Positions 25,572 to 37,316 of a stretch of 60,981 nt of DNA are shown in pieces. The stretch lies in contig NC_068982.1 of the NCBI RefSeq assembly GCF_001194135.2, positions 29,792,602 to 29,853,582 on the forward strand, read 5' to 3'. Within the stretch, counting starts at the first letter, position 1. Each line of letters opens with the position of its first letter. Source of the DNA: Octopus bimaculoides. Taxonomy: Eukaryota. A program made the translations under genes and the position numbers. The notes under the pieces were generated by a model, which searched no databases, had not been told where the DNA came from, and saw nothing but the letters and a program-made list of their open reading frames with translations.

Positions 25572-25885
25572 GTACTCCGTCGGTTATGACAATGAGGGTT
25601 CCAGCTGATCCGATCAATGGAACAGCTTGCTTGTGAAATGAATGTACATGTGACTGAGCACTCCACAGACTCCTGTACCCTTAATGTAGTTTGCAATGAG
25701 ATTCAACACAACACAGAGTGTGACAAGGCTGGCCCCTTGAAATACAGGTACAACTCATTTTTGCCAGCTGAGTAGATTGGAGCAACCTGAAAATTAAAGT
25801 GTCTTACTCAAGGACACAATGCTTTGCTGGAAATTGAACTCATGATCTTATCATCATGAGCTGAATACCCTAACTAAACCATGCA
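25572..25885 (-). mobile_element. SINE with a family C head and CORE domain but a different 3' tail
   Basis: Tail ggtactccgtcggtt...gatccgatcaatggaacagc...gagcactccacag is shared with 58655-58830; CORE-like catttttgccagctgagtagattggagcaac. Confidence 0.7.
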
Positions 25886-26015
25886 CTTTCACTGTAGAAT
25901 ATACTACATAGGTATTTGCATATTAAATCAAACTACCATATTAGAAGGCTTTATAAGATACACATTTTTTCTCAAATCAAATGTTCAAAATGTTACTCTG
26001 AGTCCTATATGTCAT

Positions 26016-26442
26016 GATGGTCCTATATTACATTTTTTAATGGTCCTACATTACGTTTCTAATGGTCCTATATATTACATTTTTAATGGTCCTATATTAC
26101 ATTTTTAATGGTCCTATATATTACATTTTTTTTTAATGGTCCAGTATTACATTTTTTATTGTCCTATATTACATTTTTAATGGCCATGCATTACGTTTTT
26201 AATGGTCCTATATATTACATTTTTTAAAGGTCCTGTATTACATTTTTAATGATCCTATATTACGTTTTTAATGGTCCTATATATTACATCTTTTAATGGT
26301 CCTATATTACATTTTTTAATGGTCCTATATTACATTTTTAATAGTCCTATATTACATTTTTTAATGGTCATATATTACGTTTTTAATGGTCCTATATTAC
26401 ATTTTTAATAGTCCTGAATGGTCTATATTACATTTTTTAATG
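26016..26442. repeat. Minisatellite with a ~22-bp unit (tggtcctatattacatttttaa), ~18-19 copies
   Basis: Units counted by hand; length varies in the TA and T runs. Confidence 0.95.
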
Positions 26443-26539
26443 TACTAAAAACTTACCCCTTGAATATGCACTGATGGAATTAAGGGTACATCGAATATGC
26501 CCATGCATCTTGAAGATGGTATATACTGAAATACAGGGG

Positions 26540-26700
26540 TGGCTATGTGGCAAGAAGCTTGCTTCCCAACCACGTGATTCTGGGTTCAGTTCTACTGCAT
26601 GGCACCTTGGGCAAGTGTTTTCTACTATAACCTCAGGTTGACCAAAGCTTTGTGAGTGGATTTGGTAGATGCAAACTGAAACAAGACCATCATACGTGTG
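26540..26700 (+). mobile_element. SINE family A 5' half
   Basis: gtggctatgtggcaagaagcttgcttcccaaccacgtgattctgggttcag...gcaaactgaaacaagaccatc. Confidence 0.8.
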
Positions 26701-26904
26701 TGTGTTTTGGAGGCTCAGTAAAAGATTCAAGGACACTAATTTTCTCTCTTGACTAAGCAAATAAGATGATGACGATGATGACAATGACGACAACAACAGT
26801 GATGGCGACAGCAGCGGCGATGGCGGTGGCAGCGGTGGCGGCGGTGGCAGCGGTGGCGGCGGCAGCGATGACAACGATGATAAAATGCCCTGATGCTGTA
26901 CCAG

Positions 26905-27460
26905 GCAGTGGTTCTCATGGCTTTTGATCTTAATTGATTGGAAGTGTTATCATGTATATTGTTTTGTCTTGGTATAAAAGATGGGCTACAGAAAATATTC
27001 TACTTAATACCGCAGATTTGCTTGTCAGTTGTTTGACCTTAACCAATTGAGCATGTCCCTTAGTGGCTGACAATATGTGCATCTCTGATCACAAGCAGAA
27101 GTAGTTGGGGAGCATCATAGCCATGTGTTGAGAGGAATTCTTTGGGGTTTGGTTAATTCATCTCTGGAAACATGGGTGTTTTGTCTCTCATCCTTAAACA
27201 ACTCTTATTCAAGGACCTTTTGAGCTGGATTGGCTACTCGCCCTGAAGAAAATTGTAGCTGGGCCCCACCTGCAAGGTCATGCGCTGTTTATCTTGATAT
27301 GAGACCACCATGTCACACACATATGGTTGTGATGCATGTCTCCAGTGTACCCTTATCAGATGGGTAGCCATGATGGGTAATATTGGGCTTCGTATATTTG
27401 TACCCCAGTATCACTTTGACGGCATGCACTGCTCTCTCACTCAATAATAATAATAATAAA
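26905..27460 (+). mobile_element. Interspersed repeat ending in (TAA)n, probably a LINE 3' UTR
   Basis: Non-coding block ending gcactgctctctcactcaataataataataataa; family not assignable from sequence alone. Confidence 0.35.
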
Positions 27461-27612
27461 CTTGTTTAGAACTTTCCTATCTAAATGTATCTGTTCTAGA
27501 GCATAACAGATCAAATATCTTGGTGTTTGAGAAGAGGGAACAGACTTGGTACATAACTGATATGACCAGTACATACAATATAAGAATAAAAGAAAAGAAA
27601 TTGACAAGGTAG

Positions 27613-27643
<31 letters not shown>

Positions 27644-27740
27644 NNNNNNNNNNNNNNNNNNNNNNNNNNNNNNNNNNNNNNNNNNNNNNNNNNNNNNNNN
27701 NNNNNNNNNNNNNNNNNNNNNNNNNNNNNNNNNNNNNNNN

Positions 27741-27774
<34 letters not shown>

Positions 27775-28020
27775 GTAAAATACACCATTTTGAGCGTGGC
27801 CGTTGCCAGTACCTCCTGACTGGCCTTCGTGCCAGTGGCACGTAAAAGCACCCACTACACTCTCAGAGTGGTTGGCGTTAGGAAGGGCATCCAGCTGTAG
27901 AAACTCTGCCAAATGAGATTAGAGCCTGGTGTAGCCATCTGGTTCACTAGTCCTCAGTCAATTCTTCCAACCCATGCTAGCATGGAAAGCGGAAGATAAA
28001 CGATGATGATGATGATGATA
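27775..28020 (+). mobile_element. Young RTE 3' end (family D)
   Basis: caccattttgagcgtggccgttgccagtacc...gttggcgttaggaagggcatcc...gataaacgatgatgatgatgatgatatata. Confidence 0.9.
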
Positions 28021-28460
28021 TATATATATGTATATATATACATATACACAAGGACCTGAGGAGAGAAATAAGCAGATCATGGGATTGCAGAAAAAAGGAG
28101 AGTGAATCAATTGTCATCAGAGCCTTAGGAACGATGAGGAAGAGGCTCAATGAATGGATAGAAGAGATTGACTACTTGTAGAAGCACATAGAATGCATGA
28201 ACATGTAACCGACCTGGTTGTAAGGAAAGGCAAAGATCATCCAAAAGTTCTTGGATAGCCGAGGTCACAGGAGGTGACTTGTTATCCAAGAGTAAATCAA
28301 TTTAAATTCCATCTCAAGGGTGATACCAAAAATTTTGAAATAAATAAATAATAAAATAAATGAAATGAAAATATATATATAAAAGCAAAAAAAAAACCTG
28401 CAGCATATATACGGAGTAAAATCCTCTTTTGGTTGTTCCACTACCAAGGCAGCACATATC

Positions 28461-28878
28461 TCTTTTACTCTTTTACTCTTTTATTTGTTTCAGTCATTTG
28501 ACTGCGGCCATGCTGGAGCATCGCCTTTTAGTCGAGCAAATCGACCCCAGGACTTATTCTTTGTAAGCTTAGTACTTATTCTGTCGGTCTCTTTGGCCGA
28601 ACTGCTAAGTTACGGGGACATAAACACACCAGCATCAGTTGTCAAGTGATGTTGGGGGGACAAACACAGACACACAAACATACACACACACATATATACA
28701 TACATATATATATGAATGGTTTCTTTCAGTTTCTGTCTACCAAATCCACTCACAAGGCTTTGGTCGGCCCGAGGCTATAGTAGAAGACACTTTCCCAAGG
28801 TGCCACGCAGTGGGACTGAACCTGGAACCATGTGGTTGGTAAGCAAGCTACCTACCACACAGCCACTCCTACGCCTAT
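28461..28878 (-). mobile_element. SINE family A, full-length young copy
   Basis: Complete from the tail (tcttttac)n to the head accacacagccactcctacgcctat; CpGs retained. Confidence 0.9.
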
Positions 28879-29744
28879 AGTAAGACCTATGTCTACAGAT
28901 TTTTACTAACATCAACCTGCTAGAAATATGATTTGTGTCCAGAGGAAATATAGAATATATTACTTTATTTCAATATATAGTTAGATTTCATTTTCAACTG
29001 TCTCCTCCTTATAATGTTGTATCCATGTGCATGTATGCATGCATGTGTGAGTGTGTGTGTTTGTGTATGTGTGTGTCTGAGTGTATGTGCATGAGTGTGT
29101 GCAAGAGTGTGTGCATTTGTGTGTGTGTGTGTGTGTGTTCATACATTTGCCTTAAATTAATACAACACCCCATTCCTGCAGATTAATTTAACATTTGTCT
29201 CTTAAGATAATTTCAATGATTCACTACGAAGAGAATGCTGTCTGACAGGCTGAAAATAAACAACAACAACAACAAGCTCACCTTCACAGAACACTACCAG
29301 ACATAATACCCAAAGACAACTTGGAGACACCTGACAAATAATAGGTTTGCATTCAAAAGAATGCTGCCAGTCATCATCACCAGCTAGCCATCAGCCAGGA
29401 GCCCTTCCCATGTCCAGGCTCTCGTTTCCAGTCCGTTCTTTCGTATCATCAGTCAACAAACGTCTTTGACAGCCCCCTTCTCTCTTCTCTTCCACATTTC
29501 TTGTCAGGATGGTCTCAGGCAGTGACTTGTGGTGCATTGCTTATCTAAAATATGATAGTTTTGTGAACTTGTTTCACAACATTTAGTGTTTTTAAACATA
29601 CAGCTTTTCTAGTACTGCAGTGCTTTTCACTCTACCTTTCCAGCTTATTCTGTTCAATCTATGAAAATCCACATCTCAAAAGGTTCTGTCTTCTGTATTG
29701 CTGTGTACATTATCCAAGTTTCTGCACTGTAGAGAGCAATTGGC

Positions 29745-29950
29745 ATGATCATCATCATTATTATCATTTAGCATCTGCTTTCCATGCTGGCATGGGTTAG
29801 ATGGTTTGACTGGAATTGGTAAGCTGGGGAGTTGCACCAGGTTCAAATCTGATTTGGCATGGTTTCCATTACTGGATGCCCTTCCTAACACCAACCATCC
29901 AAGAGTGTAATGGGTGCTTTCTGCATGCCACCAGCATGGGTGCCAGTTAT
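29745..29950 (-). mobile_element. RTE 3' end (family D)
   Basis: catcatcattattatcatttagcatctgctttccatgctggcatggg...gcatgccaccagca. Confidence 0.8.
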
Positions 29951-30235
29951 AAAGCCTCAATTTTAGGTGCAGTGTTATGATTTTTAAGTGAAGATCTTTA
30001 TCTTTCTTATAAATATTGTTTTAACCAGACGTATAAACACCATGTAAGTTATCACATATGCCAAGACAGACAGAAACCTCAAAGAGTAGAATATGGAAAG
30101 ACCAGTTTCACCCATATACACATAAGCAGTGGACAAAGTGCCTTCAACTATGATTCTGGGCATGGATGGTTCAAATAAACACAGTGTCCAAAACCTGCAA
30201 CAAAGTTCTTAATCTAAAGATAGAAACAAGAAACA

Positions 30236-30465
30236 GCGGTGAGCTGGCAGAAACGTTAGTGCACCGGTGAAAATGCTTAGCTGTTTTTCGTCTGCCGCTA
30301 CATTCTGAGTTCAAATTCCGCCGAGGTTGACTTTGCCTTTCATCCTTTTGCAGTCGATTAAATAAGTACCAGTTATGCACTGGGACCGATATAATCGACT
30401 TAATCTGTTTGTCTGTCCTTGTTTGTCCCCTCTGTGTGTAGCCCCTTGTGGATAGTAAAGAAATA
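30236..30465 (+). mobile_element. SINE family B with a 14-bp TSD
   Basis: TSD agaaacaagaaaca at 30222-30235 and 30466-30479; B-box gagttcaaattcc; central gactttgcctttcatcc...gtcgattaaataagtaccag. Confidence 0.9.
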
Positions 30466-30812
30466 AGAAACAAGAAACAAATGCTATATGTTATTCCAGT
30501 AAGAAAATAGTTCTACCAATCTGAAAATACTGCTCTGCTTTCCAAATGACTTCTTTTGGAGTTACCATCATCAAAGAAAAAGGATTTGTGCCAACTTTCA
30601 AAGTACAAAGGGAAATCAATTACAAGATTGGGTCACTTCTGTCCATAGGCTTGGGAATGATGTCAACTTTACTTTGTGCAGCAATGAAAATGCTTTGAAC
30701 ATCATCCTGAAAAACTTCATCATCAAAACAAAACAGTATAGAAATGTTTTTGGACTGATTTGAAACATTAGTTTTTTCCATTATTAGGTTTATCTGATTT
30801 GATGTACAGATA

Positions 30813-31025
30813 TAGTCCTTTCTACTAAAGGCACAAGGCCTGAAATCTGGGGGAGAGATAGTCGATTACATTGACCCAGTACTTGACTGGTACTTAATTT
30901 ATTGACCCCAAAAGGATAAAAGGCAAATTCAACCTTGGCAGAATTTGAGCTCAGAACGTAAGGATGGCTGAAATGCTGCTAAGCATTTTTCCCAGTGTGC
31001 TAATGATTCTGCCAGCTCGCCACCT
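30813..31025 (-). mobile_element. SINE family B inside the Helitron relic
   Basis: Reverse complement of the family B consensus. Confidence 0.8.
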
Positions 31026-31520
31026 TGTTGATGTACAAAATATAGTGATAATCATTATTTCTATACCTATGTTTGTTTTGATATTAAAATTGAAAAAATT
31101 CACCTTGTTTAGAAAAAATTTTGGTTCCAAGCTTGCACCCTCTAATCAAATTTCATTCCCACACATCTGCTTCTGTCCCTCCTCTATGAAATGCCTTTGT
31201 TTCTGGTGATGTACTTTGTTGGGAACAGAAATCTCTGAGTACAAAGTTTGAATAGATTTTTCAAGAGAGGATTCTTGCAATGAACAGTTGCATATCAGGG
31301 ATTTCATGTATACGCTGGAGTGTGTGCCCAACTTAGCGATTCAGATTGCTGATGATGAATACAAGAGGCACTCTGGAGAGCATACACACCATTTCAATGC
31401 ATGTGAAAGCAATGAGGTTGCTTTCATCATGAATGGAGAGCCATCATTCTGAAGAACAAAGGGTCAATACTACGACTGAAGATACAGATTTTATAATACA
31501 TTACAATATTCCTTTATTTA

Positions 31521-31986
31521 CATTAATACAGCATTGAGCTGGCAGAGTTGTTAGCACAATTCTGCGGTGAGCTGGCAGAAATGTTAGCACGCCGGGTGAA
31601 ATTCTTAGCGGTGTTTCGTCTGCCACTACGTTCTGAGTTCAAATTTCGCTGAGGTCGACTTTGCCTTTCATTCTTTCGGGGTCGATTAAATAAGTACCAG
31701 TTACGCACTGGGGTCGATCTAATCGACTTAATCAGTCAGTCCTTGTTTGTCCTCTCTGTGTGTAGCCGCTTGTGAGCAGTAAAGAAATACGAATTGTTAG
31801 CACACCAGGCAAAATGCTTAGTGGCAGTTCACCAGTCTCATGTTCTGAGTTCAAATTCTGCTGAGTTTGACTTTACCTTTCATTCTTTCAGGGTCGATAA
31901 AATAAGCACCAGTAGAGTACTGGGGTTCATGTAATCGATTTGGCCCCTCCCTGTAAATTTCTGGCCTTGTGCCAGAATTTGAAACT
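31521..31986 (+). mobile_element. SINE B nested inside an older SINE B
   Basis: Outer TSD aatattcctttattta (31505-31520, 31987-32002); inner TSD ttgttagcaca (31548-31558, 31794-31804). Confidence 0.85.
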
Positions 31987-32235
31987 AATATTCCTTTATT
32001 TATGCTAATGGTGAAGAAGGACATTACTTTGGACTAACAAGCTGGGACAAATTCTTCAAAATCTGTCTCCTGTATGAACTTCTATGCTTATTTTCATTGT
32101 TTGAGAGAATCCTTTTGAACACCTGTCTGCTAACTGTTTGCGGTATATGATACATTCTCTCAGATACCAAATTTACTTCTGACTGTAAAGGTGTTATCTA
32201 TTCAAGTCTTATACGTACAATGGTTAAGACAGTAG

Positions 32236-32510
32236 TGAAGGTGCAGGGCTCAGTAGTTAGAGCGTTAAGCTTACGATTGTGAGGTTGTGAGTTCGATTCC
32301 CGGATTGGGTTGCGTGTTGTGTTCTTGAGCAAGACACTTTATTTCATGTTGCTCCAGTTCACTCAGCTGTAGAAATGAGTTGCGGTGTCACAGGTGCCAA
32401 GCTGTATCGGTCTTTGCCTTTTGCTTGGATAACATCGGTGGCATGGAGAAGGGAGGCTGGTATGCATGGGTGACTGCTGGTCTTCCATAAAAACAACCCT
32501 AGGTTGTGCA
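32236..32510 (+). mobile_element. SINE family C
   Basis: ggctcagtagttagagcgttaagcttacgattgtgaggttgtgagttcgattcccgg (A and B boxes) plus the CORE-like domain. Confidence 0.85.
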
Positions 32511-32559
32511 TTTGCCTGTGAGCTATGCTTATGGTTTCTAACCTGAAACATTACCTGAC

Positions 32560-32755
32560 ATGCAAGTGCCAATACAAAAGAGCACTACTTCAATTGCTAC
32601 TTTGATGTCTGATTGCCGCCAGAACCTCAGCTCAAACTTTTCAACTACATCACACATCTTAGTGAGACTATAACTGACTTCTTCATCATCAAATGTATTA
32701 AATTTAGATAGAGTGTCACCAAGATAAACAAACATAGCTAACCCTTCTAACATAT
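32560..32755 (-). mobile_element. RTE LINE RT C-terminal fragment
   Basis: LEGLAMFVYLGDTLSKFNTFDDEEVSYSLTKMCDVVEKFELRFWRQSDI resembles L..V..F.YLGS.LS....D.EI..RI.KA...F..L..R.W. Confidence 0.6.
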
Positions 32756-33644
32756 TTATGCATGTATGAATGCATGGGTGTATGTATGCATATGAAGCGG
32801 GAGATAAATGGGTAGACAGATTTTGTATAAATTCATATACACACATGCGTGCACGCATGCATCTTTAAATTTAATTTTTCTGTACTTTGGGATGTATTAA
32901 ATTGATTCTTCTTTCCTCCCATCCTTCTCCCTTTCTTCCTTTCTTCTTTTCCTTCTTCCTTCCTTCCTTTCAGAAAAGTCCAAACTATTTAAAAAAAAAA
33001 AAAAAAAAAATTCCCTATTTCATTAATTTCCTCCACAATTGTTCTCCTGAATACTTCTTTAAGTCTTGCAGGTTTTCACACACCTGATGGTTTCTAATTC
33101 CAAAGCCATGTCTGAAGGACTGTTCTGCACAAACTCACCCTGCAGACATTTCCTTTTGATAGTTAGCGTTAGTGTTAGGTCTTAGAATTAGCTTTTCTGA
33201 TATACTAACTTTGTCATTGTTAATGAAATCTTGCCATCAGATCTGTAATGATTTTCATAAACATTTCATTCATAGTATAGGCTAGTTTTTCAATTGTTTT
33301 CTTTGTTTGAAGACGATGTTTTGAATATATTTGTGTATGAGAGAAAGTGGAGGCTGTAAAGTCTTCTGCTCTATGTGATAAAAAGGAAAAGCAAAAAGGA
33401 AATAGGTAACAACAGTAATGGCAATAACAACAATAATAATAAAGGAATGATAATTTTACAAATATAAACCTTGTGCGTGGGGGGGNNNNNNNNNNNNNNN
33501 NNNNNNNNNNNNNNNNNNNNNNNNNNNNNNNNNNNNNNNNNNNNNNNNNNNNNNNNNNNNNNNNNNNNNNNNNNNNNNNNNNNNNNNNNNNNNNNNNNNN
33601 NNNNNNNNNNNNNNNNNNNNNNNNNNNNNNNNNNTATATATATA

Positions 33645-34176
33645 CAGGGTGCGATGAGTAAATTGTCGCCATTATATATTTTTAATTTCATACATGTGCA
33701 TTGCTTGCTTTCGATTTTGTCTACTACACAGTATGGTAAGGTTGGTTGGGCACCATCTGTGAGAAAAACTGCACCATGATGCAATTCTCTCAGCCAGAAA
33801 TTTGGAAACATCATGCTGAACTGCTTGGCATTCTCACTGGAAGCTCCAGTACGAACAGATGGTGAACACACAGGACAACCGTTGGCTTGCCATATCCCCA
33901 AAGCATGTTCCAAGAGTGATAAAAAATCAAACATCCAGTCAACATCATGGTGTTTGGAGTGATCAGTAGTGATGGGGACGTTATGCTTCCACTCATCTTC
34001 CCACATGGCCTCACACTCAACATGGAGGCCTACAACAAGTGCCTGGAGGGGGTAGTGCTGCCCTTGGTTAAGAGGGTGACTGCTGGAAGACCCTATGTCT
34101 GGCAACAGGACTCTGCAGCATTCCACACAAACAGGAAAACCCAGTCATGGCTGTCAGACAATTTCTGCGACCACAT
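33645..34176 (+). mobile_element. Second copy of the maT/DD37D non-autonomous family, 3'-truncated
   Basis: TA|cagggtgcgatgagtaaattgtcgcc; MVNTQDNRWLAISPKHVPRV...HPVNIMVFGVISSDGDVMLPLIFPHG...YVWQQDSAAFHT. Confidence 0.85.
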
Positions 34177-34454
34177 TTATAAGGAAAAAGAGAAAGACAT
34201 AGTCTTACAGCTGTTTCTGGGATATTATGGATGTCCCTTCATCAGAGATGATGTGAGATGGTTAAATAGAGGTAAATATTTGAGTTCCAAATAAGGAATT
34301 ATTATGGAAAAGGAGGAGATAGGAAATATAGAACGAAGTAAGAGAATGAAAGTAGGAATAAAAGTATGAAATATATAAAGATATATCTTTATATATTTCA
34401 TATTTTTTTATTTCTACATGGTCATATGATGTGTATGGTTGGTGTGTCATGTGA

Positions 34455-35537
34455 TGCATATGGACAGCTACATAAAGAAGTGCTGATCTTTAAATGTAGC
34501 GGGAACCTGTGGAAGAGGTAGACACAGGAAAACATGAGATGAGGTGATAAAGGATGGATCTTCAGATGTTGAGTCTCACGGAGGTGATGACAATTGACTA
34601 AGATTTGCTGTGACCAAGATTTGCAAGATTCGGTGATTTGCTATGCTTGAGAAGACTCATCAAACCAAGTGAAATCATAGTTGTGACCAGTGCCACTGAC
34701 ATGTAAAAGGCACATACATTGGTGACGCATAAGAGGCACCCATGCTGATGACATGTAAGAGGCACCCATATTGGTGACTTGTAAAAGACACCCGTGCTAG
34801 TGACACATAAAATGTGCTCACACTGGTGACACAGTAAAGGCACCTATATTGGTGATATGTAAGAGGCACCCATGCCAGTGACATGTAAAATACATCCATG
34901 CTCATGACTCAAATGGCACCTGCACCGGTGATGCCTGAAATGCCCCCCGCACTGGTGACACGTAAAAGGCACCCATGCCAGTGACACATAAAGGGCCCCC
35001 CGCACTGGTGACACGTAAAAGGCATCCATGCTGGTGATATGTAAAATACACCCACTCTTATTTCTTTACTGCCCACAAGAGGCTACACACAGAGCGGACA
35101 AACAAGGACAGACAAATGGATTAAGTTGATTATATCGACCCCAGTGTGTAACTTATACTTATTTAATCGACCCCGAAGGGATGAAAGGCAAAGTTGACCT
35201 CGGCGGAATTTGAACTCAGAACGTAGCGCAGATGAAATAGCACTAAGCTTTTCACCTGGCGTGCTATCGTTTCTGCCAGCTCGCCACCCACTCTGGTGAC
35301 ATGCAAAATGCACCCATTTTGATGACATGTAAAAGACACCCATGCTGGTGACATATAAGAGGCGCCCAACACACTCTGTAAAGTGGTTGGCATTAGGAAG
35401 GGCATCTAGCCTTAGGAACCTGGCCAAAACAGACTGGAGCCCAGTGCAGCTCTCCAGCTTAACAGCCCTGGTCAAACCGTCTTACTCATGATAGCATGGA
35501 AAACTGACACTAAATGATGATGACGATGATGATGATA
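34455..35537 (+). mobile_element. RTE LINE (family D) ORF end plus a 3' UTR with a ~26-bp tandem array and (GAT)n tail
   Basis: GTCGRGRHRKT*DEVIK...LSLTEVMT; about 15 units of ggcacccatgctggtgacatgtaaaa; tail ttggcattaggaagggcatc...taaatgatgatgacgatg. Confidence 0.8.
35059..35284 (-). mobile_element. SINE family B inserted in the RTE 3' UTR array, with TSD
   Basis: cacccactct at 35049-35058 and 35285-35294 (part may overlap the SINE head). Confidence 0.85.
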
Positions 35538-35929
35538 TTAAGGTCTTCAGAACTGAGTAAGGAAAACCAAACCAAAGCAGTACAACAGGCAATTGAAAGG
35601 AGCAAGCCACCTCTGCTTTACAAAGAATTTGGATATGTATATACAATAATTTACAGGCTTAACAAATTTCCAGACGGTTAATGTGTTTCTGGTATTTGGA
35701 TAATTTTCAAGAAACTTTAATAGATCGAAACAAACATTCAGATAGAAGCAGACACTAATTTCACAGTCCTCGAGTTTAGAACGTCACCTTCACTTTTGTC
35801 ATTCAATATTTTATATCGAATATCATATTTTGGCAAACAACAATGAATTTTTCTGGGATTTTTCTTTCTTTTTTTTTTGTCTCTCTGGAGTCATGCCTGT
35901 AGCCACCCTGTTTGTCAAATGCTTGAAAT

Positions 35930-36290
35930 ATTGATTTCAAATTTTGGCACAAGGCCAGCAATTTCAGGAGAATGGGTAAGTTGATTACATTGACCCCCAG
36001 TGCTCAAAATGATTCTTATTTTACAAACTCTGAAAAGATGAAAGGCAAAGTTCACCTCGGCAGAATTTGAACTCAGAACATACTGATGGAAGAAATGCCA
36101 TTAAGTGTTTTGTCCAGCACACCAATGATTCTGCCAGCTCACTGCCTTTCTTTCCACTAAATAACTGCTTATCTTTTACCTGCTTCAGTCATTGGATTGT
36201 GGCCATGCTGGGGCACCACCTTGAAGGGTTTGGTCAAATAAATCGAACCCAAGTACTTTTCAAGGATGTAAGCAAACCAACTCTGGTTGT
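35930..36290 (-). mobile_element. SINE B (35930-36145) next to a SINE A tail fragment (36165-36290)
   Basis: Both match consensus sequences seen elsewhere in the window. Confidence 0.7.
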
Positions 36291-36539
36291 CATGCAACAT
36301 ACGACAGGATCAAACACAATAGTGCACACACACACACACACGCATGCGCACACATGCACACACACAGATGCACATGCGCGCACACATGCACACACACATG
36401 CACACACATGCACACGCACACAGGCACACATGCACACACACACATGCACACACACATGCACATACACACATGCACACATGCACACACACACGCACACACA
36501 CCTCCTCCTCCTCCTCCTCTTCCTCCTCCTCCTCTTCCT

Positions 36540-36985
36540 CATCATCATCATTTAACGTCCGTTGTCCATGCTTGCATGGGTTGGGTGGTTTGACTGGCCT
36601 GGCACTCTGGAAGGCTGTGCCAGACTCCAGTCTGATTTGGTATGGTTTTCTACAGCTGGATGCCCTTCCTAACACCAACCACTCTGAGAGTGTAATGGGT
36701 GCTTTTATGTGCCACCAGCACAGGTGCTATTTGCGTATCTTATTTCCCTCCAGTATCAGCCACGACTGCAATTTTGCTTGGCTTGATGTGTCTTCTTCTC
36801 AAGCATGACATAATGCCAAAGGCCTTGGTCATTGCCTCCATAAGACCTGACACTCGAAAGGTGCTCAGCCACTTTGCCTCCATGAGGCCCAACACTTGAA
36901 AGGAACTCAGCCACCTCCCCTCTGTGATGCCTGCTCGAAAGGAATTCAGCCACTTTGCCTCCGTGAGGTCCAACATTCAATACTA
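36540..36985 (-). mobile_element. RTE 3' end (family D) with tandemly reiterated ORF-terminal segment
   Basis: (CAT)n tail; minus translation repeats LDLTEAKWL/LGLMEAKWL/SGLMEAMT before AFGIMSCLRRR. Confidence 0.8.
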
Positions 36986-37316
36986 AAGGATTAAATGTGA
37001 TAACACTATGTTGACCACTATACTAAGCACACTCACAGTATCTACTTTGCTGCCTTGTTCTTCAATGTTCAAACTACACATTGTCACTGACTTCAGATGT
37101 ATTCTGTGATCCTGGTAGTAATTTCTTAAACAGGTATACAACATCTGTTATTAACTTCAGTACTTGACTGGCAAATGTTTTCTGAAACCCAGAAGGACAA
37201 GAGGAAAATTTAACAGTCAGAATGTAAAGGTATGCAACTAAACACTACAAACCATTTTGACCACCATCTTGTCAATCCTTCCAGCATCCATACACACATA
37301 CATACATAAATATATA

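Larger units (their letters stand above)
30525..32180 (+). mobile_element. Helitron Rep/helicase N-terminal relic, interrupted by SINEs
   Basis: Collinear Helitron motifs: SAFQMTSFG...GFVPTFKVQREINYKIGSLL (~30530-30650), HSGEHTHHFNACESNEVAFIMNGE (~31370-31440), YNTLQYSFIYANGEEG (rejoined across the SINE TSD), KSVSCMNFYAY...RENPFEHL (~32055-32125). Confidence 0.8.

Noticed and set aside
26016-26442. CRISPR-like regularly repeated ~22-bp unit; also the 26-bp array at 34690-35365
   Set aside because: The units are contiguous with no unique spacers, the context is eukaryotic and there are no cas genes.
29420-29455. Minus-strand CTGATGA...GAAAC
   Set aside because: No pairable stem II between the motifs; likely chance.
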